NCBI GenBank assembly: GCA_964057225.1
Contig: OZ059900.1
Span: 16,182,001-16,246,000 of the forward strand
Length of the DNA stretch: 64,000 nt
Source: Auanema rhodensis
Taxonomy: Eukaryota; Animalia; Nematoda
Direction of reading: 5' to 3'
Shown here: one piece after another, positions 1 through 11,631 of the stretch
How the letters are laid out: each line of letters opens with the position of its first letter
Position numbering within the stretch: the first letter of the stretch is position 1
Notes under the pieces: generated by a model
Seen by the model: only the letters and a program-made list of their open reading frames with translations
Told to the model about the DNA's origin: nothing
Databases searched by the model: none
Position numbers and translations under genes: made by a program

Positions 1-1710
1 GTGTGTTACATACTAAAATGAAGCATTTTACATGCTGAACACTAGAAAAATACAAAAACACAGTATTTCCCATGAGAAATATTTTATTATGCTGGAAAAC
101 CAGTTTTTGGAAATTTCGCTGTAAACAAGGTTTTGACTTACGATTTCATGTGTTCAAACTCATGCAATGTCAATGAAACCTAGCTCAAAATTGTTCGTAC
201 AACGTCTAGTTCCACTTTCACGACAAAAAAACAGGGGTTAGAAAATTAAGGAAATTAGCATATTCTGAGGGCACGCCCCTTATGGCTAATATTGATTAAA
301 TCGATTTTTGTTCATATGAGTCGTCAAATGCAACGAATTTCAGCGTGTTACATACTAAAATGAAGCATTTTACATGCTGAACACTAGAAAAATACAAAAA
401 CACAGTATTTCCCATGAGAAATATTTTATTATGCTGGAAAACCAGTTTTTGGAAATTTCGCTGTAAACAAGGTTTTGACTTACGATTTCATGTGTTCAAA
501 CTCATGCAATGTCAATGAAACCTAGCTCAAAATTGTTCGTACAACGTCTAGTTCCACTTTCACGACAAAAAAACAGGGGTTAGAAAATTAAGGAAATTAG
601 CATATTCTGAGGGCACGCCCCTTATGGCTAATATTGATTAAATCGATTTTTGTTCATATGAGTCGTCAAATGCAACGAATTTCTGCGTGTTACATACTAA
701 AATGAAGCATTTTACATGCTGAACACTAGAAAAAAACAAAAACACAGTATTTCCCATGAGAAATATTTTATTATGCTGGAAAACCAGTTTTTGGAAATTT
801 CGCTGTAAACAAGGTTTTGACTTACGATTTCATGTGTTCAAACTCATGCAATGTCAATGAAACCTAGCTCAAAATTGTTCGTACAACGTCTAGTTCCACT
901 TTCACGACAAAAAAACAGGGGTTAGAAAATTAAGGAAATTAGCATATTCTGAGGGCACGCCCCTTATGGCTAATATTGATTAAATCGATTTTTGTTCATA
1001 TGAGTCGTCAAATGCAACGAATTTCAGCGTGTTACATACTAAAATGAAGCATTTTACATGCTGAACACTAGAAAAATACAAAAACACAGTATTTCCCATG
1101 AGAAATATTTTATTATGCTGGAAAACCAGTTTTTGGAAATTTCGCTGTAAACAAGGTTTTGACTTACGATTTCATGTGTTCAAACTCATGCAATGTCAAT
1201 GAAACCTAGCTCAAAATTGTTTGTACAACGTCTAGTTCCACTTTCACGACAAAAAAACAGGGGTCAGAAAATTAAGGAAATTAGCATATTCTGAGGGCAC
1301 GCCCCTTATGGCTAATATTGATTAAATCGATTTTTGTTCATATGAGTCGTCAAATGCAACGAATTTCAGCGTGTTACATACTAAAATGAAGCATTTTACA
1401 TGCTGAACACTAGAAAAATACAAAAACACAGTATTTCCCATGAGAAATATTTTATTATGCTGGAAAACCAGTTTTTGGAAATTTCGCTGTAAACAAGGTT
1501 TTGACTTACGATTTCATGTGTTCAAACTCATGCAATGTCAATGAAACCTAGCTCAAAATTGTTCGTACAACGTCTAGTTCCACTTTCACGACAAAAAAAC
1601 AGGGGTTAGAAAATTAAGGAAATTAGCATATTCTGAGGGCACGCCCCTTATGGCTAATATTGATTAAATCGATTTTTGTTCATATGAGTCGTCAAATGCA
1701 ACGAATTTCA

Positions 1711-4445
1711 GCGTGTTACATACTAAAATGAACCATTTTACATGCTGAACACTAGAAAAATACAAAAACACAGTATTTCCCATGAGAAATATTTTATTAT
1801 GCTGGAAAACCAGTTTTTGGAAATTTCGCTGTAAACAAGGTTTTGACTTACGATTTCATGTGTTCAAACTCATGCAATGTCAATGAAACCTAGCTCAAAA
1901 TTGTTCGTACAACGTCTAGTTCCACTTTCACGACAAAAAAACAGGGGTTAGAAAATTAAGGAAATTAGCATATTCTGAGGGCACGCCCCTTATGGCTAAT
2001 ATTGATTAAATCGATTTTTGTTCATATGATTCGTCAAATGCAACGAATTTCAGCGTGTTACATACTAAAATGAAGCATTTTACATGCTGAACACTAGAAA
2101 AATACAAAAACACAGTATTTCCCATGAGAAATGTTTTATTATGCTGGAAAACCAGTTTTTGGAAATTTCGCTGTAAACAAGGTTTTGACTTACGATTTCA
2201 TGTGTTCAAACTCATGCAATGTCAATGAAACCTAGCTCAAAATTGTTCGTACAACGTCTAGTTCCACTTTCACGACAAAAAAACAAGGGTTAGAAAATTA
2301 AGGAAATTAGCATATTCTGAGGGCACGCCCCTTATGGCTAATATTGATTAAATCGATTTTTGTTCATATGAGTCGTCAAATGCAACGAATTTCAGCGTGT
2401 TACATACTAAAATGAAGTATTTTACATGCTGAACACTAGAAAAATACAAAAACACAGTATTTCCCATGAGAAATATTTTATTATGCTGGAAAACCAGTTT
2501 TTGGAAATTTCGCTGTAAACAAGGTTTTGACTTACGATTTCATGTGTTCAAACTCATGCAATGTCAATGAAACCTAGCTCAAAAATGTTCGTACAACGTC
2601 TAGTTCCACTTTCACGACAAAAAAACAGGGGTTAGAAAATTAAGGAAATTAGCATATTCTGAGGGCACGCCCCTTATGGCTAATATTGATTAAATCGATT
2701 TTTGTTCATATGAGTCGTCAAATGCAACGAATTTCAGCGTGTTACATACTAAAATGAAGCATTTTACATGCTGAACACTAGAAGAATACAAAAACACAGT
2801 ATTTCCCATGAGAAATATTTTATTATGCTGGAAAACCAGTTTTTGGAAATTTCGCTGTAAACAAGGTTTTGACTTACGATTTCATGTGTTCAAACTCATG
2901 CAATGTCAATGAAACCTAGCTCAAAATTGTTCGTACAACGTCTAGTTCCACTTTCACGACAAAAAACAGGGGTTAGAAATTTAAGGAAATTAGCATATTC
3001 TGAGGGCACGCCCCTTATGGCTAATATTGATTAAATCGATTTTTGTTCATATGAGTCGTCAAATGCAACGAATTTCAGCGTGTTACATACTAAAATGAAC
3101 CATTTTACATGCTGAACACTAGAAAAATACAAAAACACAGTATTTCCCATGAGAAATATTTTATTATGCTGGAAAACCAGTTTTTGGAAATTTCGCTGTA
3201 AACAAGGTTTTGACTTACGATTTCATGTGTTCAAACTCATGCAATGTCAATGAAACCTAGCTCAAAATTGTTCGTACAACGTCTAGTTCCACTTTCACGA
3301 CAAAAAAACAGGGGTTAGAAAATTAAGGAAATTAGCATATTCTGAGGGCACGCCCCTTATGGCTAATATTGATTAAATCGATTTTTGTTCATATGATTCG
3401 TCAAATGCAACGAATTTCAGCGTGTTACATACTAAAATGAAGCATTTTACATGCTGAACACTAGAAAAATACAAAAACACAGTATTTCCCATGAGAAATG
3501 TTTTATTATGCTGGAAAACCAGTTTTTGGAAATTTCGCTGTAAACAAGGTTTTGACTTACGATTTCATGTGTTCAAACTCATGCAATGTCAATGAAACCT
3601 AGCTCAAAATTGTTCGTACAACGTCTAGTTCCACTTTCACGACAAAAAAACAAGGGTTAGAAAATTAAGGAAATTAGCATATTCTGAGGGCACGCCCCTT
3701 ATGGCTAATATTGATTAAATCGATTTTTGTTCATATGAGTCGTCAAATGCAACGAATTTCAGCGTGTTACATACTAAAATGAAGTATTTTACATGCTGAA
3801 CACTAGAAAAATACAAAAACACAGTATTTCCCATGAGAAATATTTTATTATGCTGGAAAACCAGTTTTTGGAAATTTCGCTGTAAACAAGGTTTTGACTT
3901 ACGATTTCATGTGTTCAAACTCATGCAATGTCAATGAAACCTAGCTCAAAAATGTTCGTACAACGTCTAGTTCCACTCTCACGACAAAAAAACAGGGGTT
4001 AGAAAATTAAGGAAATTAGCATATTCTGAGGGCACGCCCCTTATGGCTAATATTGATTAAATCGATTTTTGTTCATATGAGTCGTCAAATGCAACGAATT
4101 TCAGCGTGTTACATACTAAAATGAAGCATTTTACATGCTGAACACTAGAAGAATACAAAAACACAGTATTTCCCATGAGAAATATTTTATTATGCTGGAA
4201 AACCAGTTTTTGGAAATTTCGCTGTAAACAAGGTTTTGACTTACGATTTCATGTGTTCAAACTCATGCAATGTCAATGAAACCTAGCTGAAAATTGTTCG
4301 TACAACGTCTAGTTCCACTTTCACGACAAAAAAACAGGGGTTAGAAAATTAAGGAAATTAGCATATTCTGAGGGCACGCCCCTTATGGCTAATATTGATT
4401 AAATCGATTTTTGTTCATATGAGTCGTCAAATGCAACGAATTTCA
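1711..4445 (+). repeat. 4-monomer higher-order repeat, two copies (1711-3077, 3078-4445)
   Basis: The ordered variant series G23C+G320T | A81G+G234A | C24T+T191A | A48G occurs twice at a 1367-bp offset. Confidence 0.9.
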
Positions 4446-7400
4446 GCGTGTTACATACTAAAATGAAGCACTTTACATGCTGAACACTAGAAAAAAACAA
4501 AAACACAGTATTTCCCATGAGAAATATTTTATTATGCTGGAAAACCAGTTTTTGGAAATTTCGCTGTAAACAAGGTTTTGACTTACGATTTCATGTGTTC
4601 AAACTCATGCAATGTCAATGAAACCTAGCTCAAAATTGTTCGTACAACGTCTAGTTCCACTTTCACGACAAAAAACAGGGGTTAGAAAATTAAGGAAATT
4701 AGCATATTCTGAGGGCACGCCCCTTATGGCTAATATTGATTAAATCGATTTTTGTTCATATGAGTCGTCAAATGCAACGAATTTCAGCGTGTTACATACT
4801 AAAATGAAGCATTTTACATGCTGAACACTAGAAGAATACAAAAACACAGTATTTCCCATGAGAAATATTTTATTATGCTGGAAAACCAGTTTTTGGAAAT
4901 TTCGCTGTAAACAAGGTTTTGACTTACGATTTCATGTGTTCAAACTCATGCAATGTCAATGAAACCTAGCTCAAAATTGTTCGTACAACGTCTAGTTCCA
5001 CTTTCACGACAAAAAAACAGGGGTTAGAAAATTAAGGAAATTAGCATATTCTGAGGGCACGCCCCTTATGGCTAATATTGATTAAATCGATTTTTGTTCA
5101 TATGAGTCGTCAAATGCAACGAATTTCAGCGTGTTACATACTAAAATGAAGCATTTTACATGCTGAACACTAGAAGAATACAAAAACACAGTATTTCCCA
5201 TGAGAAATATTTTATTATGCTGGAAAACCAGTTTTTGGAAATTTCGCTGTAAACAAGGTTTTGACTTACGATTTCATGTGTTCAAACTCATGCAATGTCA
5301 ATGAAACCTAGCTCAAAATTGTTCGTACAACGTCTAGTTCCACTTTCACGACAAAAAACAGGGGTTAGAAAATTAAGGAAATTAGCATATTCTGAGGGCA
5401 CGCCCCTTATGGCTAATATTGATTAAATCGATTTTTGTTCATATGAGTCGTCAAATGCAACGAATTTCAGCGTGTTACATACTAAAATGAAGCATTTTAC
5501 ATGCTGAACACTAGAAAAAAACAAAAACACAGTATTTCCCATGAGAAATATTTTATTATGCTGGAAAACCAGTTTTTGGAAATTTCGCTGTAAACAAGGT
5601 TTTGACTTACGATTTCATGTGTTCAAACTCATGCAATGTCAATGAAACTTAGCTCAAAATTGTTCGTACAACGTCTAGTTCCACTTTCACGACAAAAAAA
5701 CAGGGGTTAGAAAATTAAGGAAATTAGCATATTCTGAGGGCACGCCCCTTATGGCTAATATTGATTAAATCGATTTTTGTTCATATGAGTCGTCAAATGC
5801 AACGAATTTCAGTGTGTTACATACTAAAATGAAGCATTTTACATGCTGAACACTAGAAAAATACAAAAACACAGTATTTCCCATGAGAAATATTTTATTA
5901 TGCTGGAAAACCAGTTTTTGGAAATTTCGCTGTAAACAAGGTTTTGACTTACGATTTCATGTGTTCAAACTCATGCAATGTCAATGAAACCTAGCTCAAA
6001 ACTGTTCGTACAACGTCTAGTTCCACTTTCACGACAAAAAAACAGGGGTTAGAAAATTAAGGAAATTAGCATATTCTGAGGGCACGCCCCTTATGGCTAA
6101 TATTGATTAAATCGATTTTTGTTCATATGAGTCGTCAAATGCAACGAATTTCAGCGTGTTACATACTAAAATGAAGCATTTTACATGCTGAACACTAGAA
6201 AAATACAAAAACACAGTATTTCCCATGAGAAATATTTTATTATGCTGGAAAACCAGTTTTTGGAAATTTCGCTGTAAACAAGGTTTTGACTTACGATTTC
6301 ATGTGTTCAAACTCATGCAATGTCAATGAAACCTAGCTCAAAATTGTTCGTACAACGTCTAGTTCCACTTTCACGACAAAAAAACAGGGGTTAGAAAATT
6401 AAGGAAATTAGCATATTCTGAGGGCACGCCCCTTATGGCTAATATTGATTAAATCGATTTTTGTTCATATGAGTCGTCAAATGCAACGAATTTCTGCGTG
6501 TTACATACTAAAATGAAGCATTTTACATGCTGAACACTAGAAAAAAACAAAAACACAGTATTTCCCATGAGAAATATTTTATTATGCTGGAAAACCAGTT
6601 TTTGGAAATTTCGCTGTAAACAAGGTTTTGACTTACGATTTCATGTGTTCAAACTCATGCAATGTCAATGAAACCTAGCTCAAAATTGTTTGTACAACGT
6701 CTAGTTCCACTTTCACGACAAAAAAAACAGGGGTTAGAAAATTAAGGAAATTAGCATATTCTGAGGGCACGCCCCTTATGGCTAATATTGATTAAATCGA
6801 TTTTTGTTCATATGAGTCGTCAAATGCAACGAATTTCTGCGTGTTACATACTAAAATGAAGCATTTTACATGCTGAACACTAGAAAAAAACAAAAACACA
6901 GTATTTCCCATGAGAAATATTTTATTATGCTGGAAAACCAGTTTTTGGAAATTTCGCTGTAAACAAGGTTTTGACTTACGATTTCATGTGTTCAAACTCA
7001 TGCAATGTCAATGAAACCTAGCTCAAAATTGTTTGTACAACGTCTAGTTCCACTTTCACGACAAAAAAAACAGGGGTTAGAAAATTAAGGAAATTAGCAT
7101 ATTCTGAGGGCACGCCCCTTATGGCTAATATTGATTAAATCGATTTTTGTTCATATGAGTCGTCAAATGCAACGAATTTCAGCGTGTTACATACTAAAAT
7201 GAAGCATTTTACATGCTGAACACTAGAAAAATACAAAAACACAGTATTTCCCATGAGAAATATTTTATTATGCTGGAAAACCAGTTTTTGGAAATTTCGC
7301 TGTAAACAAGGTTTTGACTTACGATTTCATGTGTTCAAACTCATGCAATGTCAATGAAACTTAGCTCAAAATTGTTCGTACAACGTCTAGTTCCACTTTC

Positions 7401-10400
7401 ACGACAAAAAAACAGGGGTTAGAAAATTAAGGAAATTAGCATATTCTGAGGGCACGCCCCTTATGGCTAATATTGATTAAATCGATTTTTGTTCATATGA
7501 GTCGTCAAATGCAACGAATTTCAGCGTGTTACATACTAAAATGAAGCATTTTACATGCTGAACACTAGAAAAATACAAAAACACAGTATTTCCCATGAGA
7601 AATATTTTATTATGCTGGAAAACCAGTTTTTGGAAATTTCGCTGTAAACAAGGTTTTGACTTACGATTTCATGTGTTCAAACTCATGCAATGTCAATGAA
7701 ACCTAGCTCAAAATTGTTTGTACAACGTCTAGTTCCACTTTCACGACAAAAAAAACAGGGGTTAGAAAATTAAGGAAATTAGCATATTCTGAGGGCACGC
7801 CCCTTATGGCTAATATTGATTAAATCGATTTTTGTTCATATGAGTCGTCAAATGCAACGAATTTCAGCGTGTTACATACTAAAATGAAGCATTTTACATG
7901 CTGAACACTAGAAAAAAACAAAAACACAGTATTTCCCATGAGAAATATTTTATTATGCTGGAAAACCAGTTTTTGGAAATTTCGCTGTAAACAAGGTTTT
8001 GACTTACGATTTCATGTGTTCAAACTCATGCAATGTCAATGAAACCTAGCTCAAAATTGTTTGTACAACGTCTAGTTCCACTTTCACGACAAAAAAAACA
8101 GGGGTTAGAAAATTAAGGAAATTAGCATATTCTGAGGGCACGCCCCTTATGGCTAATATTGATTAAATCGATTTTTGTTCATATGAGTCGTCAAATGCAA
8201 CGAATTTCAGCGTGTTACATACTAAAATGAAGCATTTTACATGCTGAACACTAGAAAAATACAAAAACACAGTATTTCCCATGAGAAATATTTTATTATG
8301 CTGGAAAACCAGTTTTTGGAAATTTCGCTGTAAACAAGGTTTTGACTTACGATTTCATGTGTTCAAACTCATGCAATGTCAATGAAACCTAGCTCAAAAT
8401 TGTTTGTACAACGTCTAGTTCCACTTTCACGACAAAAAAAACAGGGGTTAGAAAATTAAGGAAATTAGCATATTCTGAGGGCACGCCCCTTATGGCTAAT
8501 ATTGATTAAATCGATTTTTGTTCATATGAGTCGTCAAATGCAACGAATTTCTGCGTGTTACATACTAAAATGAAGCATTTTACATGCTGAACACTAGAAA
8601 AAAACAAAAACACAGTATTTCCCATGAGAAATATTTTATTATGCTGGAAAACCAGTTTTTGGAAATTTCGCTGTAAACAAGGTTTTGACTTACGATTTCA
8701 TGTGTTCAAACTCATGCAATGTCAATGAAACTTAGCTCAAAATTGTTCGTACAACGTCTAGTTCCACTTTCACGACAAAAAAACAGGGGTTAGAAAATTA
8801 AGGAAATTAGCATATTCTGAGGGCACGCCCCTTATGGCTAATATTGATTAAATCGATTTTTGTTCATATGAGTCGTCAAATGCAACGAATTTCAGCGTGT
8901 TACATACTAAAATGAAGCATTTCACATGCTGAACACTAGAAAAATACAAAAACACAGTATTTCCCATGAGAAATATTTTATTATGCTGGAAAACCAGTTT
9001 TTGGAAATTTCGCTGTAAACAAGGTTTTGACTTACGATTTCATGTGTTCAAACTCATGCAATGTCAATGAAACCTAGCTCAAAATTGTTTGTACAACGTC
9101 TAGTTCCACTTTCACGACAAAAAAAACAGGGGTTAGAAAATTAAGGAAATTAGCATATTCTGAGGGCACGCCCCTTATGGCTAATATTGATTAAATCGAT
9201 TTTTGTTCATATGAGTCGTCAAATGCAACGAATTTCAGCGTGTTACATACTAAAATGAAGCATTTTACATGCTGAACACTAGAAAAATACAAAAACACAG
9301 TATTTCCCATGAGAAATATTTTATTATGCTGGAAAACCAGTTTTTGGAAATTTCGCTGTAAACAAGGTTTTGACTTACGATTTCATGTGTTCAAACTCAT
9401 GCAATGTCAATGAAACCTAGCTCAAAATTGATCGTACAACGTCTAGTTCCACTTTCACGACAAAAAAACAGGGGTTAGAAAATTAAGGAAATTAGCATAT
9501 TCTGAGGGCACGCCCCTTATGGCTAATATTGATTAAATCGATTTTTGTTCATATGAGTCGTCAAATGCAACGAATTTCAGCGTGTTACATACTAAAATGA
9601 AGCATTTTACATGCTGAACACTAGAAAAATACAAAAACACAGTATTTCCCATGAGAAATATTTTATTATGCTGGAAAACCAGTTTTTGGAAATTTCGCTG
9701 TAAACAAGGTTTTGACTTACGATTTCATGTGTTCAAACTCATGCAATGTCAATGAAACCTAGCTCAAAATTGTTCGTACAACGTCTAGTTCCACTTTCAC
9801 GACAAAAAAACAGGGGTTAGAAAATTAAGGAAATTAGCATATTCTGAGGGCACGCCCCTTATGGCTAATATTGATTAAATCGATTTTTGTTCATATGAGT
9901 CGTCAAATGCAACGAATTTCAGCGTGTTACATACTAAAATGAAACATTTTACATGCTGAACACTAGAAAAATACAAAAACACAGTATTTCCCATGAGAAA
10001 TATTTTATTATGCTGGAAAACCAGTTTTTGGAAATTTCGCTGTAAACAAGGTTTTGACTTACGATTTCATGTGTTCAAACTCATGCAATGTCAATGAAAC
10101 CTAGCTCAAAATTGTTTGTACAACGTCTAGTTCCACTTTCACGACAAAAAAACAGGGGTTAGAAAATTAAGGAAATTAGCATATTCTGAGGGCACGCCCC
10201 TTATGGCTAATATTGATTAAATCGATTTTTGTTCATATGAGTCGTCAAATGCAACGAATTTCAGCGTGTTACATACTAAAATGAAGCATTTTACATGCTG
10301 AACACTAGAAAAATACAAAAACACAGTATTTCCCATGAGAAATATTTTATTATGCTGGAAAACCAGTTTTTAGAAATTTCGCTGTAAACAAGGTTTTGAC

Positions 10401-11631
10401 TTACGATTTCATGTGTTCAAACTCATGCAATGTCAAGGAAACCTAGCTCAAAATTGTTTGTACAACGTCTAGTTCCACTTTCACGACAAAAAAACAGGGG
10501 TTAGAAAATTAAGGAAATTAGCATATTCTGAGGGCACGCCCCTTATGGCTAATATTGATTAAATCGATTTTTGTTCATATGAGTCGTCAAATGCAACGAA
10601 TTTCAGCGTGTTACATACTAAAATGAAGCATTTTACATGCTGAACACTAGAAAAATACAAAAACACAGTATTTCCCATGAGAAATATTTTATTATGCTGG
10701 AAACCCAGTTTTTGGAAATTTCGCTGTAAACAAGGTTTTGACTTACGATTTCATGTGTTCAAACTCATGCAATGTCAATGAAACCTAGCTCAAAATTGTT
10801 CGTACAACGTCTAGTTCCACTTTCACGACAAAAAAACAAGGGTTAGAAAATTAAGGAAATTAGCATATTCTGAGGGCACGCCCCTTATGGCTAATATTGA
10901 TTAAATCGATTTTGGTTCATATGAGTCGTCAAATGCAACGAATTTCAGCGTGTTACATACTAAAATGAAGCATTTTACATGCTGAACACTAGAAAAATAC
11001 AAAAACACAGTATTTCCCATGAGAAATATTTTATTATGCTGGAAAACCAGTTTTTGGAAATTTCGCTGTAAACAAGGTTTTGACTTACGATTTCATGTGT
11101 TCAAACTCATGCAATGTCAATGAAACCTAGCTCAAAATTGTTCGTACAACGTCTAGTTCCACTTTCACGACAAAAAAACAGGGGTTAGAAAATTAAGGAA
11201 ATTAGCATATTCTGAGGGCACGCCCCTTATGGCTAATATTGATTAAATCGATTTTTGTTCATATGAGTCGTCAAATGCAACGAATTTCAGCGTGTTACAT
11301 ACTAAAATGAAGCATTTCACATGCTGAACACTAGAAAAAAACAAAAACACAGTATTTCCCATGAGAAATATTTTATTATGCTGGAAAACCAGTTTTTGGA
11401 AATTTCGCTGTAAACAAGGTTTTGACTTACGATTTCATGTGTTCAAACTCATGCAATGTCAATGAAACCTAGCTCAAAATTGTTCGTACAACGTCTAGTT
11501 CCACTTTCACGACAAAAAAACAGGGGTTAGAAAATTAAGGAAATTAGCATATTCTGAGGGCACGCCCCTTATGGCTAATATTGATTAAATCGATTTTTGT
11601 TCATATGAGTCGTCAAATGCAACGAATTTCA

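Noticed and set aside
234-241. Telomere-like GGGGTTAG
   Set aside because: It is a single non-tandem occurrence per monomer and is expected by chance.
1-342. Assignment to a named satellite of about 340 bp (primate alpha-satellite dimer, beetle satellites) or to 5S rDNA/tRNA repeats
   Set aside because: Only the length is similar. I recognise no alpha-satellite, 5S or tRNA sequence, and a BLAST/Dfam search would be needed to name the family.
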